From Clostridia bacterium (GTDB taxonomy: Bacteria; Bacillota; Clostridia; Christensenellales; CAG-138), in the NCBI GenBank assembly GCA_030527165.1, contig JAUNBH010000006.1, positions 1-47,654 of the forward strand: 47,654 nt of DNA. The letters run 5' to 3'. How positions within the stretch are numbered: position 1 is the stretch's first letter; each line of letters opens with the position of its first letter. The notes under the pieces were generated by a model. It was not told where the DNA came from. It was given only the letters and a program-made list of their open reading frames with translations, and searched no databases. A program made the position numbers and the translations under genes. This document shows positions 17,051-25,124 of this stretch, piece after piece.

Positions 17051-17084
17051 GCAGGAGGGGCATGACGCGTCATGCCCCTCCTGC
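17051..17084. terminator. Bidirectional hairpin (perfect 34-bp palindrome) between the convergent lipoprotein gene and clpB
   Basis: GCAGGAGGGGCATGACGCGTCATGCCCCTCCTGC. The flanks are T-rich on the plus strand (tcgatctgttctt) and read TTTAAC on the minus strand. Confidence 0.6.
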
Positions 17085-17106
17085 TCGATCTGTTCTTAGC
17101 CGCTCA

Positions 17107-19701
17107 TTACTCTACCGCCAGGCGGTCGCCGTTCAAATCCACTTTCAAAGTCATGCCCGGCACTACGTCTCCGCGCACTATGCGGCGCGCCAACATGCTC
17201 TCGACGGTGTGCTGTATGTATCTGCGCAGCGGCCTGGCGCCGTACTGCGGGTCGTACGCAGCGTCTATGATGAAGCGCTTTGCGTCCTCTGTGACCTCGC
17301 AGCGCAGCTGCTTCTGGGCGAGCCGCTCATTTAGCCGCTCTATCTGCAGGTCGACTATCTTCGTTATGTTGTCCCGCGTGAGGGGCTTGTAGAACACGAT
17401 TTCGTCGAGCCTGTTGAGGAACTCCGGCCTGAAGCTGCGCCGCAGCAGCTGTTCCGTCTGCGCTCTGGCGCTTGCAGTAATAGTGCCGTCGCCGCCGATG
17501 CCGTCCAGCAGGTATTGAGAGCCAAGATTGGACGTAAGTATAATTACCGTGTTCTTAAAGTCCACCGTGCGCCCCTGGGAATCGGTAATGCGTCCGTCGT
17601 CGAGCACCTGGAGGAGTATGTTGAATACGTCCGGGTGTGCTTTTTCGATTTCGTCCAGCAGCACTACGCAGTACGGCTTGCGTCTGACGGCTTCCGTGAG
17701 CTGACCGCCCTCCTCGTAGCCGACATAGCCGGGAGGCGCGCCTATGAGGCGCGACACGGAGAACTTCTCCATATACTCGCTCATATCTATGCGCACGAGG
17801 TTGCGCTCGTCGTCGAATAGGCTCTCCGCGAGCGCCTTGGCGAGCTCAGTCTTGCCCACGCCGGTGGGGCCGAGGAACAGGAAGGAGCCTATGGGCCGTC
17901 CGGGGTCCTTTATGCCCGCGCGGCTCCTCAACACCGCCTCCGCAACGCGTGAAACCGCCTCGTCCTGCCCTACCACGCGCCTGTGCAGCGTATCGTCCAG
18001 GTGGAGCAGCTTGTCGCGCTCCCCCTCGACCAGCCTTGCGACCGGTATGCCCGTCCAGCGCTCCACAATCTTGGCTATCTCCTCCTCGGTGACCTTGTCT
18101 CGGAGCAAACTGCTCTCCTGTGCGTCGGCAACGCGCTTTTCCTCCGCTTCGAGCTGCTTTTTCACCTCCGGCAGCGTGCCGTACTTCAACGTGGCGGCGC
18201 GCTCGTAATCGCTCTCCTGCTCTGACTGCTCTATCTCGTTGTTAAGGCGCTCCACCTGCTCGCGCAGCTGCTGCACCTTGCTTATGGCGGCCTTTTCGTT
18301 TTCCCACCTGGCTTTCATGGCGTTGTATTCGTCGCGCAGCTCCGCTAACTCCCGCTGCAGCTCCTCGAGCCTGCTCTTAGAGAGCTGGTCGGTTTCATTT
18401 TTAAGCGCGACCTCCTCTATCTCAAGCTGTATGATCTTGCGCCTTATCACGTCCAGCTCCGTGGGCATGGAGTCCATCTCGGTGCGAATCATGGCACACG
18501 CCTCGTCCACGAGGTCTATCGCCTTGTCCGGCAGAAACCTGTCCGTTATGTAGCGATTGGAGAGCGTAGCGGCGGCGATTATGGCGGGGTCTGTGATTTT
18601 CACGCCGTGGAACACCTCGTAGCGCTCCTCGAGCCCGCGCAGTATCGCTATCGTGTCCTCAACGGTGGGTTCGCTCACCAGTACTGTCTGGAAGCGCCGC
18701 TCCAGCGCGGGGTCCTTTTCGATGTAGCGCCTGTACTCGTCGATTGTCGTCGCACCTATGCAGTGCAGCTCGCCGCGCGCGAGCATAGGCTTCAGCAGGT
18801 TTCCGGCGTCCATGGAGCCCTCTGTCCTGCCCGCGCCGACGATGGTGTGTAGCTCATCGATAAAGAGTATTATGCGCCCCTCGGACTTCTTTATGTCGGA
18901 CAGCACCGCCTTTAGCCGCTCCTCGAACTCGCCCCTGTACTTTGCGCCCGCTATTAGCGTACCCATGTCGAGCGAGAATATGGTCTTGTCCTGCAGGCTC
19001 TTGGGCACGTCGCCGCGCACTATGCGCTGCGCCAGCCCCTCGGCTATCGCCGTCTTGCCCACGCCGGGCTCGCCTATCAGCACCGGGTTGTTCTTGGTCT
19101 TGCGCGAAAGTATGCGTATTACGTTTCGTATCTCGTCATCGCGCCCAATGACCGGGTCGGTCTTTTTATCGCGCGCTTGCGCTACGAGGTCTACGCCGTA
19201 CTTCTCGAGTGCGCCGTAGGTGCTCTCCGGGCTGTCCGAGGTGACGCGCTGATTGCCACGTATGGACTGCAGTGCCTTCAAACAGTCGCCTTTTTTGACC
19301 GCGTAATCCGCAAACAGCTTCTTAAGCGCGGGGTCGGGGACGTCCAGGAGGCCGAGCAAAAGGTGTTCGACGGAGACGTACTCGTCCTTCATGGAGTTGG
19401 CGGTGTCCTCCGCCTTCTTCAGCGCGTCGTCGAGCCCGCGTGATATGTACACCCTGTCGGCTTCACGGCCGGCGCCCGTCACCTGGGGCAGCTTTGCCAA
19501 TTCCCGGTCTGCCGCCGCGCTCATACCGCTTGCGGAAACGCCTATGCGCTTCATCAGCTCGGGTACGAGCCCGTCCTCCTGGGAGAGCAGCGCCGACAGC
19601 AGATGGAGCTGCTCCAGCTGTTGGTTGTGGAGGGCTATGGTGAGCTCCTGCGCCGCCTGAATTGCGGCCAACGATTTCTGTGTGAGTTTTTGCGCGTTCA
19701 T
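17107..19701 (-). CDS. clpB: ATP-dependent chaperone ClpB
   Basis: 864 aa with two AAA+ modules (GEPGVGKT and GPTGVGKT Walker A motifs), a long coiled-coil middle domain and a Clp N-domain. Confidence 0.97.
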   Translation of the reverse strand: MNAQKLTQKSLAAIQAAQELTIALHNQQLEQLHLLSALLSQEDGLVPELMKRIGVSASGMSAAADRELAKLPQVTGAGREADRVYISRGLDDALKKAEDTANSMKDEYVSVEHLLLGLLDVPDPALKKLFADYAVKKGDCLKALQSIRGNQRVTSDSPESTYGALEKYGVDLVAQARDKKTDPVIGRDDEIRNVIRILSRKTKNNPVLIGEPGVGKTAIAEGLAQRIVRGDVPKSLQDKTIFSLDMGTLIAGAKYRGEFEERLKAVLSDIKKSEGRIILFIDELHTIVGAGRTEGSMDAGNLLKPMLARGELHCIGATTIDEYRRYIEKDPALERRFQTVLVSEPTVEDTIAILRGLEERYEVFHGVKITDPAIIAAATLSNRYITDRFLPDKAIDLVDEACAMIRTEMDSMPTELDVIRRKIIQLEIEEVALKNETDQLSKSRLEELQRELAELRDEYNAMKARWENEKAAISKVQQLREQVERLNNEIEQSEQESDYERAATLKYGTLPEVKKQLEAEEKRVADAQESSLLRDKVTEEEIAKIVERWTGIPVARLVEGERDKLLHLDDTLHRRVVGQDEAVSRVAEAVLRSRAGIKDPGRPIGSFLFLGPTGVGKTELAKALAESLFDDERNLVRIDMSEYMEKFSVSRLIGAPPGYVGYEEGGQLTEAVRRKPYCVVLLDEIEKAHPDVFNILLQVLDDGRITDSQGRTVDFKNTVIILTSNLGSQYLLDGIGGDGTITASARAQTEQLLRRSFRPEFLNRLDEIVFYKPLTRDNITKIVDLQIERLNERLAQKQLRCEVTEDAKRFIIDAAYDPQYGARPLRRYIQHTVESMLARRIVRGDVVPGMTLKVDLNGDRLAVE

Positions 19702-19734
19702 GCTTCAAACACCTCCTGCGTTCAGCGCTCGTTG

Positions 19735-19761
19735 TTAGCACTCGACTTCGGTGAGTGCTAA
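19735..19761. promoter_or_regulatory. CIRCE operator (HrcA binding site)
   Basis: TTAGCACTC-gacttcggt-GAGTGCTAA is a perfect match to the TTAGCACTC-N9-GAGTGCTAA consensus. It sits between the -10 box and the clpB SD. Confidence 0.9.
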
Positions 19762-19772
19762 TCCGTATTGAC

Positions 19773-19801
19773 ATCATAGAACTATATGCGCCCGGTGTCA
19801 A
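19773..19801 (-). promoter_or_regulatory. SigA promoter candidate of clpB
   Basis: Minus strand: TTGACA (19796-19801), 17-nt spacer, TATGAT (19773-19778), immediately upstream of CIRCE. Confidence 0.65.
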
Positions 19802-19920
19802 TGGCGCACGGGGAAGTAAGTTGTAATATTTCTGTGAACTCTCTCGCACGGGTCCCGTGCGCCATGTGTGAGCGCACAGCCTTGGTTTTACGCCCCGCCC
19901 CGGATTCTCCCGCGCGTGCG

Positions 19921-20022
19921 CGCGCCCCCGCCCACCCGCCCACCAGGTCGCTTCCCGCCTGGGGGCGAGAAGCGGCGGGCGCGACCTGAGCCGGAGCGCA
20001 GCTCCGGCTCAGTCCGCGTGCT
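19921..20022. repeat. GC-rich intergenic repeat, copy C (hairpin-containing)
   Basis: It shares ordered blocks with copy B: CCCACCCGCCC (19931-41), GCCTGGGGGCG (19957-67), a 12-bp hairpin CTGAGCCGGAGC/GCTCCGGCTCAG (19985-20011) and CGTGCT (20017-22). Confidence 0.4.
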
Positions 20023-20024
20023 CC

Positions 20025-21356
20025 TCATACGACGAGCGTGCCGTACTGGGTGTGCACTATCTTAAATATCTCGGCCTCCTCGCCGGTCTGAGCGTCGACG
20101 TATACTATGTAGTCGACGTCGCCATGCCTGCACGTAAATTCGTGACAAAGCGCCTCGGTCTGTGGGGTAATGGGGATGAGCGCGAGCCTGCTGGCAACCA
20201 CCTCGAGGTCTGCGGATATTGCGAGGCGCGCTTCCGCTTCGTCTACCGTCTGTTCCGGCAGCTCCCTGACGTGGTGGCTGAACAGGTAGTTCCTCGCATC
20301 GAAGCCTATGACTTCGTTCGTGACGCGATCCAGCCAGACCTTTATGAGGTCGTTGTACACCATCACGCCGTCAAGCGACCAGGCGTAGTTGATAAGCGCC
20401 GCGCCGTCCGCATACTGTCCGTATGTGGGCTCCATGTTTGCATAGCCGTGCGCGCTTAGGAATTCGCGCCCGCTGTCCTCGTAGGAGAGCTGCAGCTCCT
20501 CGTCGGGAATGCCTTCTACCGCGCTGCTCGGCTGAGTCCGCATCCATACGACGTGACCGCCCCGCACGGATACGGATATGTCGAGCGTCCTGCCGTCGCT
20601 CAGTTCGCCCGTAAAGTCATAGGAGGGTATGGCGCCGTTAGACTCGCTCGCGAGCTCGAGGCTGTCGGTGCCGGCGAATTCGCGGGCAATTTCGAGCGCG
20701 GCGTCGGCGTCGATATCGTCGCCCGTCAAGCCTTCGGGCTGCGCCTTGAGCACGCTCTCCGAGAACGGCCCGTCGTATATCAGCGACGGGAATTTGTCGT
20801 ACTCGTCCGCGCCCTTAAACTGCAGCTGGGAGCTCTCGTAATACCCGTCCGCGGTCACGACCTCCACGGGCGTGTCGCCCTGCGCTATGCGCCGCTGTAT
20901 CTCCTCGGAGAGTGCGCTGCACTGAGCGTACATGGAGTTGAGCTGACCCAAATCGTCTTCGCTGAACGGTCTGCCGCCGAGCACGCTCTTGGCTAGGGAG
21001 CGCGAGTAGTCGCCCACCCGTATTACGAAGCCGTTGAGCTCCGAAGAGTCCGTGTGCGACGCGGGTATCTGTGAGAGCAGGCTCGCGCACGCGCCGCTGT
21101 AACGCCATATGTCGTCGAGCAGCAAAACGGTCCGGCTGTGTGAGTTAGTTATAAGCAGCTTGGAGAGGCTGACCTCGAGATCCGAGAGATTCTCCGCCAG
21201 TTCGAGATAAGCCCGGTTGTACATCGCTTCCGCGGTTGTCTTGTAAGACTGAGCCGCGCTGTTTGCGGATACACCGTATATAATGGCTGCCGCGAGCGCT
21301 ATTGCGAGCACTGCGGGCAGCGCTATGACCAGTATTCTCTTTGCCGTAACGCTCAT
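20025..21356 (-). CDS. ypeB: Germination protein YpeB
   Basis: 443 aa with an N-terminal TM anchor and C-terminal PepSY-type repeats. It lies immediately downstream of sleB, as in Bacillus. Confidence 0.85.
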   Translation of the reverse strand: MSVTAKRILVIALPAVLAIALAAAIIYGVSANSAAQSYKTTAEAMYNRAYLELAENLSDLEVSLSKLLITNSHSRTVLLLDDIWRYSGACASLLSQIPASHTDSSELNGFVIRVGDYSRSLAKSVLGGRPFSEDDLGQLNSMYAQCSALSEEIQRRIAQGDTPVEVVTADGYYESSQLQFKGADEYDKFPSLIYDGPFSESVLKAQPEGLTGDDIDADAALEIAREFAGTDSLELASESNGAIPSYDFTGELSDGRTLDISVSVRGGHVVWMRTQPSSAVEGIPDEELQLSYEDSGREFLSAHGYANMEPTYGQYADGAALINYAWSLDGVMVYNDLIKVWLDRVTNEVIGFDARNYLFSHHVRELPEQTVDEAEARLAISADLEVVASRLALIPITPQTEALCHEFTCRHGDVDYIVYVDAQTGEEAEIFKIVHTQYGTLVV

Positions 21357-21362
21357 AGCCGT

Positions 21363-22028
21363 CTACCTGCAGAATGAATGGGAGCCTATCACGACCGACA
21401 CGGGGCGCGAGAGCATCCATTTGTTGGTGGTCTTGGCCGGGTTGTAGTAGTAAAGGCATCCGTTTGTCGGATCCCATCCGTTCAGCGCGTCGCGCGCGGC
21501 CTGGTATGCCGTTGAGTTGGGCGTGAGGTTTATCTGTCCGTCCGCGACTATCGAGAATGCGCCGCTCTGGTACACTACGCCCGCTATCGTGTTCGGGAAA
21601 GAGGCGCTCTTGACCCGGTTCAGCACTATGGCGGCGACCGCTACCTGCCCCTTGTAGGGCTCTCCGCGCGCCTCGCCGTATACTACTCTCGCAAGCAGAT
21701 TGACGTCGCTCGACGAGCTGGTGGACGAGCCGCCTGTGCTCTGCGAGGAGTCGAGCGTCATGCCAAGCGCTTTGGCGGTGGCCGGGCCGACTATGCCGTC
21801 CTGAACGAGCCCGTTTTTGCGCTGGAAGTACTTCACTGCAGAGAGCGTCTGGGAGCCGAATATGCCATCGACGCTGCCGGAGTAATAGCCCCAGCGCTTG
21901 AGCTTGCTCTGCAGCGTGTATACGTCGTCGCCTCTGGAGCCGTATTTAAGCGTGGCGCCCAGCGTGCTCGTGGAGAGCAAAAGCGCCAGCGCGGCGGCAA
22001 AGGCGATAGCAGCAATGCGTTTTTTCAT
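21363..22028 (-). CDS. sleB: Spore cortex-lytic enzyme SleB
   Basis: 221 aa with a signal peptide, a PG_binding_1 domain (LQSKLKRWGYYSGSVDGIFGSQTLSAVKYFQRKNGLVQDG) and a Hydrolase_2 domain (VVYGEARGEPYKGQVAVAAIVLNRV). Confidence 0.88.
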   Translation of the reverse strand: MKKRIAAIAFAAALALLLSTSTLGATLKYGSRGDDVYTLQSKLKRWGYYSGSVDGIFGSQTLSAVKYFQRKNGLVQDGIVGPATAKALGMTLDSSQSTGGSSTSSSSDVNLLARVVYGEARGEPYKGQVAVAAIVLNRVKSASFPNTIAGVVYQSGAFSIVADGQINLTPNSTAYQAARDALNGWDPTNGCLYYYNPAKTTNKWMLSRPVSVVIGSHSFCR

Positions 22029-22579
22029 CTTGTTCCACCTCCGAATATGCTCCTGAGGAGTTTAAGGAAAAGGCTCTCGAAGCGTATTTCCCCTTGAGGT
22101 AGAGTTTCTCCGCCCTGCGCGTCTACTATGCACAGCGGCGGGAAAATCACGCACCACCAGTTTTCGCCGGCGCCGTCGCCCAGCACTATGCGCAGCGCGA
22201 CGTAATCCCCCGCGGGGTAGAGCTCGCTGCCGTACTGCCTGTCTGGGAAGGCATAGCATCCCAGCTTGAGTTGGGCGCCGTACTCGGCGTTCTCGCCGCG
22301 CAGCGCGGCTTCGACCGCTTCAAACAAACCCTCGCCGTCGCGTAGGATCGCTTCCACCGCCTCGCGCATGCAGTTCGCGTCCGCATTGGATTGCGCGTAG
22401 CGCAGCACGGCGTCGCGCACGATGAGCTTCACGCGCTGATCCTCCGCGGAATCGCTGTTTGCCATTATGTGCAAGCGCAGTATGTCGTTGTTGGCTTCCG
22501 CAACGGTGGTGTGCGCGGGCGCGAGCAGTGCGAGCGCGATGGCGAGCGCCAGGCAGATGCAGTGACGTATGTATTTCAT
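22025..22579 (-). CDS. spoIIR: Stage II sporulation protein R
   Basis: 184 aa with a signal peptide. The hallmark RLHIMANSDSAEDQRVKLIVRDAVL and the WWCVIFPPLC motif are present. Confidence 0.88.
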   Translation of the reverse strand: MKYIRHCICLALAIALALLAPAHTTVAEANNDILRLHIMANSDSAEDQRVKLIVRDAVLRYAQSNADANCMREAVEAILRDGEGLFEAVEAALRGENAEYGAQLKLGCYAFPDRQYGSELYPAGDYVALRIVLGDGAGENWWCVIFPPLCIVDAQGGETLPQGEIRFESLFLKLLRSIFGGGTR

Positions 22580-22713
22580 TCTGTGTTTCCTCCTGATTAC
22601 TGATTACTCATGGTGGGATTATTGCCATACGCGCGCATAGGTAAACGCGCGTGTGGTATAATCGTCAGCGAGATAATGAGTATCCGGCGGGCGAGGAAGG
22701 CGGTGTTTATAAT

Positions 22714-23550
22714 ATGAGGGTGCTCGCGTGCGCAAAAGTGAATCTGGCGCTCGGCGTGACCGGCCGCCGCGCGGACGGCTATCACGAGTTGAGCACTTTA
22801 ATGCACACCGTCGGCGACCTGTATGACATAGTTGATGTTGAACCGCACGAGGGCGTGGACGTCGGTTTCGACTCCCGCGGGAGCGGCATACCGCGGGACA
22901 ACACCGTAACGCGCGCCGTGGAGGCGTTTATGCGCGCGAGCGGTTGCCCGGGCGCACGGGTGAGGGTGGCGAAGCGCATACCCGAGCGCGCGGGGCTAGG
23001 GGGTGGCTCGGCGGACGCGGGTGCGGTGCTGAGGGCGCTTAGCGCAATGTACGGCGGCGTGAGCGAGGCGGAGATGCTCCGTATTGCCGAAAGCATAGGG
23101 GCGGACGTGCCGTTTGCCTATGCGGGCGGCGCCGCGCTGTGCACTGGAAAGGGCGAGCGCATGGCGCGCCTGGAGCACCGCCACCTGCCGTTGTTGATAG
23201 TAAAAGCCGCGGGCGGGATAAGCACCGCCGAGCTGTTTGGGAGGCTAACCCTGCCGGCAATGCCGGTTGATTCCGCCGCTGCCGCGAGCGCGTACGAGCG
23301 CGGCGCGCTCATAGAGCTGGCGTGGGCTATGCGCAACGCGCTTGAGCCGCTGGCGGCGGCGCTCGAACCCGACATAGCGGCGCTTAAGGAGGAGCTGTTC
23401 GAGTGTGGTGCGATAGGCGCGTGCATGACGGGTTCCGGGTCGGCGGTAGTGGGCTTGTTTCCGGACTTCGATGCGGTTTCCCAGGCGCGGAGCGCCATGG
23501 CAGGGCATTCGTTCGTACACGCGTGCCGCGCAGTGGTGCCGGTGCAGTAG
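22714..23550 (+). CDS. ispE: 4-(cytidine 5'-diphospho)-2-C-methyl-D-erythritol kinase
   Basis: GHMP kinase motif PERAGLGGGSADAG. The start MRVLACAKVNLAL (ATG 22714) is typical of IspE and has a GAGGAAGG SD upstream. Confidence 0.9.
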   Translation: MRVLACAKVNLALGVTGRRADGYHELSTLMHTVGDLYDIVDVEPHEGVDVGFDSRGSGIPRDNTVTRAVEAFMRASGCPGARVRVAKRIPERAGLGGGSADAGAVLRALSAMYGGVSEAEMLRIAESIGADVPFAYAGGAALCTGKGERMARLEHRHLPLLIVKAAGGISTAELFGRLTLPAMPVDSAAAASAYERGALIELAWAMRNALEPLAAALEPDIAALKEELFECGAIGACMTGSGSAVVGLFPDFDAVSQARSAMAGHSFVHACRAVVPVQ

Positions 23551-23597
23551 CGCGGGCGAAAAACGCACAAAAAGCGCGCAATATATGAAAAAAGCAC

Positions 23598-23626
23598 TTG
23601 CAAACTGCGGCTGTACATAATAGAAT
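23598..23626 (+). promoter_or_regulatory. SigA promoter candidate of rpmE
   Basis: TTGCAA (23598-603), 17-nt spacer, TAGAAT (23621-26). This leaves a leader of about 105 nt. Confidence 0.5.
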
Positions 23627-23736
23627 AACTTTTCGAGAGCTGCTCTGGCTTCATACGGGTGCGGCGGCATCCATTGCAGCAGGAGGGCGAAACTATCGCC
23701 CTGCGCTCAGCAATAACTGATTAGGAGATTACGTAG

Positions 23737-23946
23737 ATGAAGAAGGAAATCCACCCCTCGTACGGCGAGTGTCTCGTGCGCTGCGCATGCGGCGAGACGT
23801 TCACATCCGGCTCGGTCAAGGGCGAGCTGAAGGTTGAAATATGCTCAAAGTGCCATCCGTTTTACACGGGGCGTCAGAAGCTGGTCGACACTGGCGGACG
23901 CGTCGACCGCTTTAACAGGCGTTTCGACAAGGCGAGAAAGGGCTGA
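23737..23946 (+). CDS. rpmE: 50S ribosomal protein L31
   Basis: 69 aa: [11 protein letters not shown]...[26 protein letters not shown]. Cys residues are retained, so this is the zinc-ribbon form. Confidence 0.97.
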   Translation: MKKEIHPSYGECLVRCACGETFTSGSVKGELKVEICSKCHPFYTGRQKLVDTGGRVDRFNRRFDKARKG

Positions 23947-23977
23947 TTTTTCGGCGAGTTCCCGCGGGAATGCGGTG

Positions 23978-24005
23978 GGGGCGTGAGTGACACGCCCCTT
24001 TTATT
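23978..24005 (+). terminator. Rho-independent terminator of rpmE
   Basis: GGGGCGTG-agtga-CACGCCCC stem followed by TTTTATT. Confidence 0.8.
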
Positions 24006-24017
24006 CGCCGCTCGGCG

Positions 24018-24145
24018 GCGCTCCACCCACCCGCCCGGCGCGGCCGGCGCGCAGTATGCGCGCCTGGCGGGGGCGGTCGGCGAACGCCCCGCCGAACGGC
24101 GTTGCCGTTCAGGCCGCGCCGGGCCCCCGTGCTGCAAGGCGCAGC
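24018..24145. repeat. GC-rich intergenic repeat, copy B (hairpin-containing)
   Basis: About 80% G+C and non-coding. Ordered blocks: CCCACCCGCCC (24026-36), GGCCGGCGC (24042-50), GCCTGGCGGGGGCGG (24062-76), hairpin GAACGGC/GCCGTTC (24094-24110), GGCCGCGCC (24112-20), CGTGCT and CTGCAAG (24128-38). These blocks are shared with copies A and C. Confidence 0.45.
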
Positions 24146-24150
24146 GCGCC

Positions 24151-24180
24151 AAAATGCCGCCGCGAGTTCTCGCGGCGGCA
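24151..24180 (-). terminator. Candidate rho-independent terminator (minus strand), probably for udk
   Basis: Perfect hairpin TGCCGCCGCGAG-(aa)-CTCGCGGCGGCA, followed on the minus strand by TTTTGG. It lies about 150 nt after the udk stop. Confidence 0.5.
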
Positions 24181-24330
24181 TCCACGGATAGGTATCCAAG
24201 CAATCAAGTAGGGAGAAAGGAGGGGGAAAACCTACTCAATCAGGTGCTACGTCAATAATACGGCGGTACGGGCGTCAAGGTTGCACGGCGGCAAAAAGTT
24301 TTTCGCGTGGCGGACGAGCCCGAAGGCGCT

Positions 24331-24954
24331 TCATGCATCGAAGCGCTCTGCGAGGAGCTTGGCGGAGATGTAGGCGCATATGGCGTCGATGGCGGTTCGG
24401 TTGTGACCGCCGCGCATGACGGCGAAGTCTGCGTCGCGTATGTATTTGCTGATGTACTCCTCGTACATCGGCTTGACGGTCGCTAAGTACTGCTCCGATA
24501 TGCTTGAAATCGACCTGCCGCGCTTGATTATGTCGCGCTGTATGCGCCTAAGCAGGCAGACGTCCGTATCGACGTGCATGTAGACTTTCAGGGACATCAG
24601 CTTGCGGAGCCGCATGTCATGGAAAACGTGTATGCCCTCGAGTATAAGCACGTCGGGCGGGGAAATGAGCTCGTCCGAGTCGGCGCGAACGTGGTTGGCG
24701 TAATCGTAGCCCTTTGTGGTGATAGCCCTGCCCATGCTCAGTGCGGTTATGTCGGCGAGCAGCTCGTCGTGGTCAAATATCTCCGGCGCGTCGTAGTTGA
24801 TGTGAACGCGCCGCTCGAACGGCAGCGACGAGTGATCCCTGTAATAGCAGTCCTGTCCGATAATGCGGGATTCACAGGTGAGCGAGTTGCGGATCATGTC
24901 CGCGAGCGTGCTCTTGCCGCTTCCGCTGGCTCCACAAATACCAACTATTATCAT
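24331..24954 (-). CDS. udk: Uridine kinase
   Basis: 207 aa with the P-loop GICGASGSGKST and Udk-like sequence (DHPDAFD-type region, here YDAPEIFDHD). Confidence 0.9.
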   Translation of the reverse strand: MIIVGICGASGSGKSTLADMIRNSLTCESRIIGQDCYYRDHSSLPFERRVHINYDAPEIFDHDELLADITALSMGRAITTKGYDYANHVRADSDELISPPDVLILEGIHVFHDMRLRKLMSLKVYMHVDTDVCLLRRIQRDIIKRGRSISSISEQYLATVKPMYEEYISKYIRDADFAVMRGGHNRTAIDAICAYISAKLLAERFDA

Positions 24955-25069
24955 AGCGCATCTCCTGTCGGTTGATATGTCAGATTACACATTATAGTTT
25001 ATCGCATTTGGTTCCGGTTTTCAACGGTCATGCCCAATACAGTGGGCGGAGGAATCTGCGCGCGGAGGT

Positions 25070-25098
25070 TGAAAAGGCGCGCGGCATGCAATATAATA
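25070..25098 (+). promoter_or_regulatory. SigA promoter candidate of the MBL-hydrolase operon
   Basis: TTGAAA (25070-75), 17-nt spacer, TATAAT (25093-98). Confidence 0.55.
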
Positions 25099-25124
25099 CA
25101 CTCATGCGGAAAAATGAGGATTAT

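Noticed and set aside
22596-22612. Tandem GATTACT GATTACT just upstream of spoIIR.
   Set aside because: There are only two 7-nt units, lying next to the SD. This is too short to call a repeat element or regulatory array.
23983-24258. Overlapping 74-109 aa ORFs on both strands inside the GC-rich repeat copies. These include 23874-24203 (-), 23987-24211 (+), 19868-20065 (+) and 4278-4490 (+).
   Set aside because: Their translations are Pro/Arg/Ala-rich, they have no SD, and several frames are open at once. Similarity between copies is at the nucleotide level with indels that break the reading frame.
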